Source: a virus. From it: a stretch of DNA of 48,966 nucleotides. The number at the start of each line of letters is the position of its first letter. Within the stretch, counting starts at the first letter, position 1. The translations under genes and the position numbers were made by a program. Of the stretch, positions 17,526-26,950 are shown piece after piece. The stretch covers positions 1 through 48,966 of IMG/VR virus record IMGVR_UViG_3300013947_000058; one strand, given 5' to 3'. Below the pieces are notes generated by a model. It had not been told where the DNA came from and searched no databases. It worked only from the letters and a program-made list of their open reading frames with translations.

Positions 17526-19106
17526 TTAAATCATTTCATCTTCTTTAAAATCATCAGCCGGATTATCAGACTTATTCTGATTTTCTATACCACCAGAAGG
17601 ATATGGCTCTGTATCATCACTTACAGCAAATGAACTTTCTTCAAGCATTTGTCTTTCAAGAGCAATCTGCTCAAGTTCCTCTTGAGCCTCATCATCAGTG
17701 AGCCCTCTCCACTTTTTCATATAAGCCTTACGACTCATAGTCTTAGATTCAACCTCAGACAAGTCCATGTTCTTCTCTTCAATTTCATCTTCAGGAAGTG
17801 GAGTATTTTGCTCAATCTTAATCTCATAATCAACAGCTGACACTGTACTGTTTGTATATCTTGCAATACAACCAGGATAAACCATTGCACCTTGAAGAAT
17901 AATGTTAACCATATTTCTCAGTTGAGGTCCCCAGGTCTTCATCTTTTCTTTACACCTTACAAGCAAAGGCCAGTAAATTGCTTTTAGTGCTTTGCCGCTT
18001 GTAATTGTAGCTTGAACCTCTTCAATATCAGGCATATCAACCTGCTCATAGGCAGACTTCTTTACTCTCTTAAGTGTAACATCAAGAGAAGCACTATAAT
18101 TCATACTTGGCTCAAGTAAACCAACTTGAGGATGCGCATTATCCAAGTTTTGGTCTGAACCTAAATCCCAAAAAGCACCTGCAGCTGTAGAAAGATTCTT
18201 GGTAGAATTTGATTCCATATCCACAGTATACTTAGTAGGATTCATTGATTTTCTCTGAGCGTCAATATCTGCATTAGACAACTTACTATACCAAGACTCA
18301 TCATCTTGCAAAATCTCAATCTCAGATTCGCCTTTATCCTCACCAGATAAGCCATCGTTAATGAAAATGCTTACCGGAATCATTGGCATCAAAGTTTCCT
18401 GATATTCAGTAACAACTTCCAATTCTTTTCCGGCTCCATCATAAAGAACTTCCTCAAGATAAACCACATCATCTACTAATTCGAATTTCTTCTTGAATAT
18501 TCGTTTTTCACTTAATGTAATTGAATCCTTTACGATAATAAAGCATACAAATTTTGTTATAATATTTGAGTTGCCTATCTTGGTATCATAAATAAATTGA
18601 GTTGATGGAAGGAACGTGACTGTTACACCATCATCTTCATTGAAATTTACTAAACCAGCAACTCGCTTTCCAATAAAACAATCCTTGGCTGCTTTAATAA
18701 GAGCTTCCTCAAATTTATTAGCATCAAGGATTGTCTTAACTAAGTCATTCATTACAGTCAGCGCATTCCTTGCCTCTTCTGTAATTTTACCAACATCGCC
18801 TTTAGGCTCAACCGTAATGTCAGGTGGCTCAGCAAAGAGAAACCTTGCTTCCTTATTAATAAGGGATGCGGCCATCTTATAGTTAAGCTTAGCAGGCACA
18901 TAGTCACCATTTGTGCCCTCAACAGTAAAGCTTGCACCTTTCTTATACACTTTATAGTATTTGCAGATTTGTGTCAACTCATCCAAAGTGTCCTTTGTCG
19001 CACCTGAAACTTCTGCATTGATTAATGCATAAGGAATACGGTTGAAAGCTGTCAAGACTTCAGTACTGTTCTCGGCTTCAATGACCTTAGCTTCTTCACT
19101 AACCAT
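17526..19106 (-). CDS. Portal protein (SPP1 gp6-like)
   Basis: 526 aa with an acidic C-terminus. Directly upstream of the MuF-family gene, the canonical portal-MuF pairing. Confidence 0.75.
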   Translation of the reverse strand: MVSEEAKVIEAENSTEVLTAFNRIPYALINAEVSGATKDTLDELTQICKYYKVYKKGASFTVEGTNGDYVPAKLNYKMAASLINKEARFLFAEPPDITVEPKGDVGKITEEARNALTVMNDLVKTILDANKFEEALIKAAKDCFIGKRVAGLVNFNEDDGVTVTFLPSTQFIYDTKIGNSNIITKFVCFIIVKDSITLSEKRIFKKKFELVDDVVYLEEVLYDGAGKELEVVTEYQETLMPMIPVSIFINDGLSGEDKGESEIEILQDDESWYSKLSNADIDAQRKSMNPTKYTVDMESNSTKNLSTAAGAFWDLGSDQNLDNAHPQVGLLEPSMNYSASLDVTLKRVKKSAYEQVDMPDIEEVQATITSGKALKAIYWPLLVRCKEKMKTWGPQLRNMVNIILQGAMVYPGCIARYTNSTVSAVDYEIKIEQNTPLPEDEIEEKNMDLSEVESKTMSRKAYMKKWRGLTDDEAQEELEQIALERQMLEESSFAVSDDTEPYPSGGIENQNKSDNPADDFKEDEMI

Positions 19107-19120
19107 CTTCCATTACCTCC

Positions 19121-20269
19121 TTATTTTATTCCACCATTATAGGAAACGAAACCAACTTTACAGTTTGAGCTTCCGTTAATCTTATAAAGTACAAGATACA
19201 TTCCGTCAACAATTCCTAAGCATACACAAGATTCATTCTTATCAAGGTTTCCGATTAAGTTTTTCTTAGCTGTATCAGAATACACCTTTTCAATAGTCGA
19301 ACCATTCTTATAGTGTTTTCCGCCGGACGGAATTGATTTTACTCCGCCTGCATATTTAACAAATCCAACCTTGTGCTTGCTTGAACCATTAATTTTGTAA
19401 ACAACAACATATCCTTTGGACTTTTTGCCATAGCATTTTGCTCCTTCTCTTGGAGATATACTTCCTATATTACCTGTGAGATTACATGCTTCAAATACCT
19501 TTTCAATAGTTGAACCATTTTTCCAAGCAACCGACTTTACAAAATGTGAACTATGAGAAGTGTTTGAAGATATACCTGACTGATTCTTTGGTCTTAAGAA
19601 ATTGATATTGCTCCAATCAGTATGTTTGATATTCTTAACAATTCTGTTACCGTTATAATTCTGCTCAATAGTATAAAAATAATCTTTAGTTGCCGATATA
19701 ATTATACCGATATGACCATAAGTACCACTCGTTCTTACAAATACATCACCCTTTTTTGGAATAAACTCAGGAGTGTTTGGAATAGCCGTAAACAAACTTT
19801 TGATATAACTTGAATTTCTATTAAGCCAATAATCTTTAGCATTACCTGCGGCTTTAGGAGGCACCCCTAAAACATCTCTTATATAATTCTTTACAAAGCT
19901 TACGCATTCGCCTACATAAGTACCGTCAAAACCATAAGAATGATTGAGCTTATACTTTTTACAGAACTCATCAAACGTTATTGTACTTGAGCCTCCCTTT
20001 TCTTCATCTGAATCAGAATGAGGCTGATTATAAGACATAGCACGTTGACTATCTGAAATTCCTTTTGTAGTTGGATCAGTAATAATCCCTATTGTAGCAG
20101 GAACCATCAGAATAAGAGTGATAACATCGAGAATCTCTTTCTCTGATACTGAAGTTTCTACTCCACACAATCTCAAAATCGAAAAGATTGCTATAACAAT
20201 AGCAGAAATTACTGATAACCACCAAGAACCATTGTTGATTCTTACTTTCCAATTTATATTATTATTCAT
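19121..20269 (-). CDS. Holin (phi LC3 family) fused to a CHAP peptidoglycan hydrolase with two SH3b-like repeats
   Basis: N-terminus INWKVRINNGSWWLSVISAIVIAIF...LILMVPATIGIITDPTTKGISDSQRAMSY is holin-like. CHAP Cys/His: GECVSFVKNY, YGHIGII. Two repeats KNGSTIEKV...YKINGSS.KVGFV.Y.GG. Confidence 0.75.
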   Translation of the reverse strand: MNNNINWKVRINNGSWWLSVISAIVIAIFSILRLCGVETSVSEKEILDVITLILMVPATIGIITDPTTKGISDSQRAMSYNQPHSDSDEEKGGSSTITFDEFCKKYKLNHSYGFDGTYVGECVSFVKNYIRDVLGVPPKAAGNAKDYWLNRNSSYIKSLFTAIPNTPEFIPKKGDVFVRTSGTYGHIGIIISATKDYFYTIEQNYNGNRIVKNIKHTDWSNINFLRPKNQSGISSNTSHSSHFVKSVAWKNGSTIEKVFEACNLTGNIGSISPREGAKCYGKKSKGYVVVYKINGSSKHKVGFVKYAGGVKSIPSGGKHYKNGSTIEKVYSDTAKKNLIGNLDKNESCVCLGIVDGMYLVLYKINGSSNCKVGFVSYNGGIK

Positions 20270-20291
20270 AACATTTGCCTCCTTTAATTAT

Positions 20292-22292
20292 TTAACTGGA
20301 CGTAATCCATAATTTATAAAAAACATCTACAGCTGTACCTTTAGTAAAATTACCTGCTGAAGTTCTTAAAGTTACTGATGACTGACTTTTCATTAATATA
20401 GGGAATGTTCCTTTAGTCCTATCGATATTTAAAGTATAATCATTACTTGAGATAGCATCAAAGAAGTCAACTATTGCATATTGCTGATTACATCTTACAA
20501 CGTGAAGAAAGATATTTTTAGTATCAGTTTCCAGATTACCTAAAGTAACAGTATTACCGAAAAGATCCAATGTAAGTACACCCTGCATACCCGTGTTAAT
20601 CCCATCTTTTCTAAATAACCATATATACATTTCTTGAAAATCTCGTGCATTAGAAATCGTATAATGTTCCGTATCTTCTTTAATATTTTCTTGAGTACTT
20701 AACCAATTTAATTTTGAAAATCTATCATTATAATTGCCTATTTCTTGCATCATAGGAAGCAAAATATCAGACATTAAAGACATTGTAGGAATCTCTTGAT
20801 CGGCATCTTCAACAGTTGCTTTTGAAATATCAAGACCTTCTGTATTGACTGATAATTCTTGATTTTCAAGTTTTAGTCCTTTGCCTATGCCTGAAGTATT
20901 TAAAGTGGTTATACCAGTTTCTTCATTAAGTTCTTTAGTAGTTACTAATCTTCCTGCTTCTTGTTGGCTTACAGCATCATTAAAAACCATATCTACTATA
21001 TTCAACATATCTTGTATATCTTGAATTTTTGAATATTTGATTTGACTACCATCTTTTTTACTTCTTACACAAAAAAGTATATCTCCATCGGGAGTCGTAT
21101 GTATTAAAGTTGAATAATTTTTACTACTGTCAGTTCTATCATTAATTTTCGTTGTTAATAAGCAAAGATTATTTTTAGAAACAACTACGTGCTGAGTTTG
21201 ATTGTTAATAGTCCAATCAAAAGTCCACTCTATCGCTGCATAATATAATCCATCTTTAGTTGGTACATATCCGCTCTCGTTAACAACCGTAATAGGACTT
21301 TTAGGCAATTCAAAATTACCATTACCCAAAATAGACTCATTATTTATAGTCTTGATATTTTGCCCACTTACGAGTGTATCTTGCTTATCGTCTAACTCTT
21401 TTTGCGTTACAAAATTTGCATGATTCCACGAATTCACATCTGAAGAATCTGGGATGTATCCTCCATTGGCGTATTCTCCTTCTCCACCAAATTTGCCAAT
21501 TAAACACATTTGACCATCAGCGGATTTAAAAATAAAAGTACCTTTTGATAAACTAAATAAACTAGCAACTGGAGATTTGCCATTTACAAGAACATTAACA
21601 CTTTCAACATTAACTACATAAGCACCCTCTTTTAGAGTAGTAACCTCCAAAGTATCACTTAAAATCGGAGTGAAGGGAATACTCTGTAATTCATTAAAAT
21701 CAGTAGTTCCGGGTTCGCCTTTTAAACCTTGTGGTCCTTGTGGACCAATCGGGCCTTGTATTCCTTGTGGACCTTGCTCTCCATCTCTTCCGTTATAAAC
21801 TCCATCTTCTGCATTCTTTTGAATTTGGTCTGCTATTGTTTTCGCTTGTGCTGAAGTTTCTTGAGCCTCTTTTACTTTATCAGCACTTGCTTCCGTTTCC
21901 GCTGCATATCTCTTAATCTCACTAATCAACTGATTATAAAGATTCGGAGTAGGTGGAATAGGTTCTTGCTCTGTCGAACTTAAACCTGCTGGATATACTT
22001 CTATCTCATAACCATTAACTGTACCAAAAACTGCTGTATCTGCTTTTGCACCAAAACAAGAAATCATTAACCAACCTGCACTTATATCAGCCGGGACATT
22101 AAGTGTTCTTGCTTCGCCTATGTACTTATTAATCGTCTTACCTTTTTGAATGAACTGAACTGTCATAAGCAATCCATCCCAATCACTTGAGCATTGCAAT
22201 TCAATAGGAACGAATTCTGTACTACCTGCAACCAACCTAATAGGTGGACTGTCAAAAGAACTTATTTTCTGACCTTCAACCAATAATTTCAT
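20292..22292 (-). CDS. Collagen-repeat-containing fibre / structural protein
   Basis: [31 protein letters not shown] run at about aa 165-195. 666 aa and beta-rich. Confidence 0.5.
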   Translation of the reverse strand: MKLLVEGQKISSFDSPPIRLVAGSTEFVPIELQCSSDWDGLLMTVQFIQKGKTINKYIGEARTLNVPADISAGWLMISCFGAKADTAVFGTVNGYEIEVYPAGLSSTEQEPIPPTPNLYNQLISEIKRYAAETEASADKVKEAQETSAQAKTIADQIQKNAEDGVYNGRDGEQGPQGIQGPIGPQGPQGLKGEPGTTDFNELQSIPFTPILSDTLEVTTLKEGAYVVNVESVNVLVNGKSPVASLFSLSKGTFIFKSADGQMCLIGKFGGEGEYANGGYIPDSSDVNSWNHANFVTQKELDDKQDTLVSGQNIKTINNESILGNGNFELPKSPITVVNESGYVPTKDGLYYAAIEWTFDWTINNQTQHVVVSKNNLCLLTTKINDRTDSSKNYSTLIHTTPDGDILFCVRSKKDGSQIKYSKIQDIQDMLNIVDMVFNDAVSQQEAGRLVTTKELNEETGITTLNTSGIGKGLKLENQELSVNTEGLDISKATVEDADQEIPTMSLMSDILLPMMQEIGNYNDRFSKLNWLSTQENIKEDTEHYTISNARDFQEMYIWLFRKDGINTGMQGVLTLDLFGNTVTLGNLETDTKNIFLHVVRCNQQYAIVDFFDAISSNDYTLNIDRTKGTFPILMKSQSSVTLRTSAGNFTKGTAVDVFYKLWITSS

Positions 22293-22330
22293 TAATATAA
22301 CCTCCTTTATTATTTATAATATTAACAATA

Positions 22331-23695
22331 TTAACCAGCTTTACTATTGAAGACCTTATCTTTCACATCTGCAACTGTTACAGTATCTAATGCATACCAA
22401 ATAGCAGAAAATGTATGAGGGTCAATATTAAACTGGTCATAAATAACATTGCCTTTTGCGTCTTTCTTATATGTTAAATCCTTAAGCTCTCTTATTACAT
22501 TCTTACACTTTGGACTTACTACGATTTTTCTAAATCTCTTTACCTTTCTTGTGTTAGATAATCTTGAGCCTTTAAACTTATTACGACATGCTCTGATTTT
22601 AAAACCATTTTGTTTGTAATATGATATTGCTTTAGGGTCTTCGTTATCTGCAACAAGAACCTTTTTATAGCCTGCATTGTTTAGGTCATTTAATCTTCTT
22701 CTTAGCTTTTGCATCTCTGGCTGATTTACAAATACATCATCTGTTACATGATTTATATATATTTCATCCCAGATATATAAGATACCTCTCTTTGAGTCTA
22801 CACTCATACTAATAACAGCGTTGAATGATTCTTCAAAACCAAAGTCGAAACCAAAGTATTGATTTTCTTTGCCAAGCTTTTCAATAGCTCGTTTAAATTT
22901 GTCTTTGTCTTTTGCAACCAAGAACTGTGGAAGAACTCTTGTACCTGTAGCACCAAACCTTCCCCACCTTGCAACCATATAAAGTGGATAATCATAGTTT
23001 TTAAGGTCATCCAATCGTTTCATATATTGCCAAGGTAACCATGGATTGTCATCAGGTGTTGAATGATGGTAATATGTACCATTATGCACAATGCATTTCT
23101 TTTCATAGAACTTGGCTTCATCTACCAATATATTCTCTTGACCTTCATCATCCAGTCTTACAAAGAAGTGTCTGTATACCCAGTTATCTCTACCAATAGG
23201 ATTACAGCTTAAGATAAAATGCATACTTGCATTCGGTGTACGAATACGACCAAGCAATTCCTTATAACCTTCATACTTAATCTCAGAACACTCTTCCAAC
23301 CAAACAATAGAAACACCATTAATAGACTTTACCTTTTCAGGCTTATCCATACCCTTAAAGATTATTTGACTACCATTTTTGAACCTAAATCTTAGTGGGC
23401 TTCTTAATGCCAGAACTTTATTTTGTTTTTGCTTAAACTCTTTAGGGTCTGTTGTTGCTAAACCCATATCATCAAGTATCTCAAAAATCAAATCATAACA
23501 AGATTCCTGAATAGTATCATATACTTCTCTGATAACCAATGCTTTACGTTTTTCTTCAAGTAGCTTTAAAATTATCTTGAATGCAATATGATATGACTTA
23601 CCTGAACCATACCCACCAATAAGCAAATATCGTTCATAGTCCCAATCGAATAAGAAGTCTTCAAATGCTGGACTAACGGCTTTTGTTATTTTCAT
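22331..23695 (-). CDS. terL: Terminase large subunit
   Basis: Walker A LIGGYGSGKSY. PBSX/Terminase_3-like layout. Follows the small subunit. Confidence 0.9.
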   Translation of the reverse strand: MKITKAVSPAFEDFLFDWDYERYLLIGGYGSGKSYHIAFKIILKLLEEKRKALVIREVYDTIQESCYDLIFEILDDMGLATTDPKEFKQKQNKVLALRSPLRFRFKNGSQIIFKGMDKPEKVKSINGVSIVWLEECSEIKYEGYKELLGRIRTPNASMHFILSCNPIGRDNWVYRHFFVRLDDEGQENILVDEAKFYEKKCIVHNGTYYHHSTPDDNPWLPWQYMKRLDDLKNYDYPLYMVARWGRFGATGTRVLPQFLVAKDKDKFKRAIEKLGKENQYFGFDFGFEESFNAVISMSVDSKRGILYIWDEIYINHVTDDVFVNQPEMQKLRRRLNDLNNAGYKKVLVADNEDPKAISYYKQNGFKIRACRNKFKGSRLSNTRKVKRFRKIVVSPKCKNVIRELKDLTYKKDAKGNVIYDQFNIDPHTFSAIWYALDTVTVADVKDKVFNSKAG

Positions 23696-23698
23696 AGT

Positions 23699-24418
23699 TT
23701 AGTCCTCCCACTCTTCATCTTCGTCTTCCCAATCATCAGGCCAATAGTCTAAATCCTCATCAGATGCTTCATTTTCAACTTTAGTTGTTACATTTGAAAT
23801 GTTTTGCTTAGTTGCTTGAGCCTTCTTCTTAGCTGCTTCTGCTTTCTCTTCTTCTGTAGCATTACGAATTTCAATCGACTGATTTACTTCATCTTGCCAC
23901 TCTTTATCATCTGATTTATCTTGTTGAGCTTTATTTGATTGATTTGCACTCGCTCTTGTTACTGTAACTTGAATCTTTGTGTCTTCATCATTAAGCTCAA
24001 TAAGCTGGTCTCTATTCTTCTTCCACTTATCTGGGAGTCTGTTATATAACCAACACTGAATAGCAGAAACATTTGGCGATTGTTCTTTATCTGTTACTTC
24101 TTTAACTGTTTCAACTACTTTACCATAACGCATTGTAGTTGTTACTTTTATTTCTTTTGTTTTATACCCTAAAGCTGATTTAAGTAAAGCATTTTCAACT
24201 TTATAGTCAATTATCTCTCGACCTTTTTTAAGAGCATTATCAATATCAGAATATTGAGCTCTCCACATTCTTAGTGTAGATAGTGAAATACCAATACGAT
24301 TTGCAATATCTTGAAACGTATATCCATCTCGTGCCCAACATTCAAGTAGCATCAGATTGTCTTCTTCCAACCATTCTGTAGCAATGCATTCATTTTTAGT
24401 TTTGCTTACTGACGCCAT
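23699..24418 (-). CDS. terS: Terminase small subunit
   Basis: HTH GYTFQDIANRIGISLSTLRMWRAQ, acidic tail, immediately upstream of TerL. Confidence 0.75.
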   Translation of the reverse strand: MASVSKTKNECIATEWLEEDNLMLLECWARDGYTFQDIANRIGISLSTLRMWRAQYSDIDNALKKGREIIDYKVENALLKSALGYKTKEIKVTTTMRYGKVVETVKEVTDKEQSPNVSAIQCWLYNRLPDKWKKNRDQLIELNDEDTKIQVTVTRASANQSNKAQQDKSDDKEWQDEVNQSIEIRNATEEEKAEAAKKKAQATKQNISNVTTKVENEASDEDLDYWPDDWEDEDEEWED

Positions 24419-24441
24419 TTGATTGCATTCTCCTTTCTTCT

Positions 24442-24477
24442 AAAATAAAACAAAGCCTGGAGTATTTCATCCAAGCT
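24442..24477 (-). terminator. Rho-independent terminator-like hairpin just upstream of terS
   Basis: Minus strand reads AGCTTGGAtgaaatacTCCAGGCTttgttttatttt. 8-bp stem with one mismatch, followed by a U-rich tract. Confidence 0.5.
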
Positions 24478-24557
24478 CGTTTGTCTAAACTCTTTAGTCC
24501 TTTAAGAACATGTATTCCTTAATGGTCATGTTCAATTTTATCTTTTCTTTTCACAGA

Positions 24558-24704
24558 TTAAAGTTCTTCTTTTGTTTCAGTATTAAACACTTTAAGATTT
24601 TCTACACAATCTAAATTTGTATGCTCAATTATGTCAGCGATAGTAAACCAGGGTGTATAACGTTCTGGATATATTTCACACTCAAATTCTACTTTTACTT
24701 TCAT
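24558..24704 (-). CDS. Small hypothetical protein (48 aa)
   Basis: Not in the track (under 60 aa). ATG 24704 with AAAGGTAG upstream. Encodes MKVKVEFECEIYPERYTPWFTIADIIEHTNLDCVENLKVFNTETKEEL. Confidence 0.4.
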   Translation of the reverse strand: MKVKVEFECEIYPERYTPWFTIADIIEHTNLDCVENLKVFNTETKEEL

Positions 24705-24722
24705 TACTTTGTCACTACCTTT

Positions 24723-24957
24723 TTAGTTTCTTAGCGTGTGTTTTGCTATTCTTAACATACTTTCTAACTTTGAACGTTCTATATTTATTTTAACACGTTT
24801 AGCAAGTAGCTTATTAAGTTCCTCATTAGTTCCATATAACTTACAATAAGTTATTTTGTTTTGTATATCAATATATCTTTTATTCAGCTATTCAGCCGCT
24901 CTATATATTCAGCCGCTCTATACGAATTTCAATTTCTTTTGTAATAGCATTTTTCAT
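24723..24957 (-). pseudogene. Small coiled-coil ORF interrupted by a 25-nt tandem-duplication insert
   Basis: ATG 24957 with GGAGG RBS encodes MKNAITKEIEIRIERLN, then stops. Deleting 24882-24906 fuses it in frame to KRYIDIQNK...RIAKHTLRN, giving 69 aa in total. Confidence 0.5.
24882..24923. repeat. 17-bp tandem duplication plus 8-bp partial third copy (attcagccgctctatat)
   Basis: Plus strand reads ATTCAGCt ATTCAGCCGCTCTATAT ATTCAGCCGCTCTATAc. Each full unit contains CTCTATA. Confidence 0.9.
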
Positions 24958-25016
24958 TTTCGTTCCTCCGAACATTTAACTTATTTGATTTAGGCTCATT
25001 CCTTAACCTTGATTAT

Positions 25017-25045
25017 ATTATACCACAAATATATAGGTTTGTACA
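25017..25045 (-). promoter_or_regulatory. Promoter P5 (TGTACA -35, 17 nt, TGGTATAAT)
   Basis: Minus strand reads caaaaatttttaagaaaaggGTGTACAaacctatatatttgTGGTATAATataat. The only cassette copy upstream of the packaging/structural block. Confidence 0.8.
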
Positions 25046-25131
25046 CCCTTTTCTTAAAAATTTTTGAAGATTTTTGTATTTTATTTTAGCAATATCAAGC
25101 TGATTTATTTTCAGGCTATTTCAGAAAGTCA

Positions 25132-25213
25132 CCAGATAATCCAGAATAAATCCAATTTATTTTATATAGATTTATATTGAATATTAAATAAAGTTAACCA
25201 GAAGTCATTCTGG
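25132..25213. repeat. Intergenic AT-rich element E1 bounded by CCAGAAT/ATTCTGG half-sites
   Basis: CCAGATAATCCAGAAT...(AT-rich core)...CCAGAAGTCATTCTGG. The core matches E3 in the opposite orientation (ttaactttatttaata). Confidence 0.7.
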
Positions 25214-25228
25214 ACTATCTTGGGATTA

Positions 25229-25885
25229 TTATTTATAAAATCTCATTCCTTCTGATTTATATAGAAATTCAAGATTTCTGCTATGCCAGTTATTTTCATT
25301 AGTGCAACTTTCAAAATATGTTGCACCTTCACTATAATCATACTTTGCTTCAGCAACTATTCTTACAGCTCTATAACAATCTTTGTTTGGCTCAACTCTA
25401 TCCCATCGTCCATCGTCAACAGGACTAAATTGATTTTTCTGAAATATTACTTCTTTAATTGTATCAGGAAACTCATTAGACTCTACACGATTTAATACAC
25501 ACATAATGATTAATGCTTTTGTTTGTGTATTGCATCCTTCAGCTTCTGCCATTGCAATCTTCGCTAATAGATAACTTTCTTGTGCTGACCAATCTTTACT
25601 ATATGTAAATTCAGGATAGTAATCAACATCAATATTTAATTCATGCTTTTCTTTTGTTTGTGGCTCAAATGTAATCAAATTATGCACCTGAGGTTTAATT
25701 GTCTCAATGTTTTGAGATTCATTTACTAACTCAGCATTGTTTATTACGTCTGTTTGATTTGACAGCTTAAATAATGCTATAAACATCATAATAAATACTA
25801 TTATTACATGCCATACTAAATTCTTTCTTGTGATTCTCTCAAGATTTCTTTGACTAATACGTCTTCGCTTTGTAGTCTGTTTCAT
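25229..25885 (-). CDS. SleB/CwlJ-type cell wall hydrolase with N-terminal signal-anchor
   Basis: TM segment VWHVIIVFIMMFIALFKL. Hydrolase_2-like LLAKIAMAEAEGCNTQTKALIIMCVLNRVESNEFPDTIKEVIFQKNQFSPVDDGRW. Confidence 0.75.
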   Translation of the reverse strand: MKQTTKRRRISQRNLERITRKNLVWHVIIVFIMMFIALFKLSNQTDVINNAELVNESQNIETIKPQVHNLITFEPQTKEKHELNIDVDYYPEFTYSKDWSAQESYLLAKIAMAEAEGCNTQTKALIIMCVLNRVESNEFPDTIKEVIFQKNQFSPVDDGRWDRVEPNKDCYRAVRIVAEAKYDYSEGATYFESCTNENNWHSRNLEFLYKSEGMRFYK

Positions 25886-25904
25886 TTTGTTTCCTCCGTT
25901 CCTT

Positions 25905-26405
25905 TTAACACTTAAATCTTAATTGAAAACCAGTCGTAATAGGGCACTCATCGCAGATACCATACTCACATGCAATTCCTTCTTCTAAACATTTACGTAG
26001 TATTTCAATGTCCTGTCTGAATTGCTTAAGTTTTTCTTCATCTTCTTTTTGAGATTCCAATTCTGTTGACTTAATGTCTTCTTCAACTTCTGCTTGCTTT
26101 TTGCTAATAATCATTAATTGCTTCCAATATTTCGGCATTTTATTACGTGCTTTAGCAAGCTCTCCTTTTGTTAGCTTTTTATTAGCTTTTATTTTTCTTG
26201 CAATATCTCCCATTTCTTTAGCATCGATTCTACTAAAACCAACACAATTATCATCAATACTTTCACCTTTGTTTTTCTCTTCAGGTGTTTGATTGTCATA
26301 TATTAATACAATAGACTTAAGCAATGCTTTATCATTAGTCTTTAATAAGCCTTTAAGATAAACTTCCCACTGTTTTTGATTAGTGAAATATTTCCATGCC
26401 GCCAT
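25905..26405 (-). CDS. Hypothetical protein
   Basis: AAAGGAGG RBS before ATG 26405 (MAAWKYF...). The longer track start at 26447 would contain its own RBS. C-terminal Cys cluster CEYGICDEC. Confidence 0.55.
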   Translation of the reverse strand: MAAWKYFTNQKQWEVYLKGLLKTNDKALLKSIVLIYDNQTPEEKNKGESIDDNCVGFSRIDAKEMGDIARKIKANKKLTKGELAKARNKMPKYWKQLMIISKKQAEVEEDIKSTELESQKEDEEKLKQFRQDIEILRKCLEEGIACEYGICDECPITTGFQLRFKC

Positions 26406-26446
26406 TTGATTTCCTCCTTTGATTTTTAACATATCATAACATATCA

Positions 26447-26553
26447 TCAGAATTGTCCAGAATGACCTCAGATTAATTTTTACTTATAAGATATATATTT
26501 TCTTATCTTAATAATTAAAATTAAACCTGAGACAATCTGGATAACTTCTGAAT
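26447..26553. repeat. Intergenic AT-rich element E2 bounded by CAGAAT/TTCTGA half-sites
   Basis: TCAGAATTGTCCAGAATGA...cttataagtaaaaattaatct-type core...ATCTGGATAACTTCTGAAT. The core matches E4 in the opposite orientation. Confidence 0.7.
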
Positions 26554-26948
26554 TATAATAAGCCTTTACGTTCAAGCCAATCTTCAAGGTCAGCCAAGTA
26601 TAAAATCAATTCTTGAATACGACTATTCCTAATTGATACCTCACCGTCATCATCGACTTCTGTAAATCTTTTCTCAGGAACAGGAATCGTTGTACCTTTT
26701 CCAATTTTATTAGCATAAGAACGAATATAATATGTAATTACACAAAATACGATTGGAATAAGTAGTTCACCACCGAAAGCAATTTTTCCTCGTTCTAAGC
26801 ATACTTTTTGTCCAATAATATACATTATGTAGGGAAGAATAAAACTTAAAATCCGTACAAAGTTTCTTAAATTATTTGTAATAAAGTAACGAATAGCTTG
26901 TACAACATCATGAATGATTGCACCCGTAATTTTTAAAAATCTTTTCAT
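26553..26948 (-). CDS. Membrane protein (2 predicted TM helices)
   Basis: Hydrophobic stretches ILSFILPYIMYIIG and LLIPIVFCVITYYI. Confidence 0.5.
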   Translation of the reverse strand: MKRFLKITGAIIHDVVQAIRYFITNNLRNFVRILSFILPYIMYIIGQKVCLERGKIAFGGELLIPIVFCVITYYIRSYANKIGKGTTIPVPEKRFTEVDDDGEVSIRNSRIQELILYLADLEDWLERKGLL

Positions 26949-26950
26949 TA

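Noticed and set aside
20292-22292. Collagen-repeat fibre gene as the target of a diversity-generating retroelement.
   Set aside because: No reverse transcriptase gene is present, and no template repeat matching the 3' end of the gene was seen anywhere in the window.
26447-26553. Sigma-A promoter inside element E2 (TGTTATGAT extended -10 near 26425-26440 with TGGACA upstream).
   Set aside because: The spacing to the best -35-like hexamer is only 15 nt. The motif is not shared by E1, E3 or E4, so it cannot be supported as a general feature of the elements.
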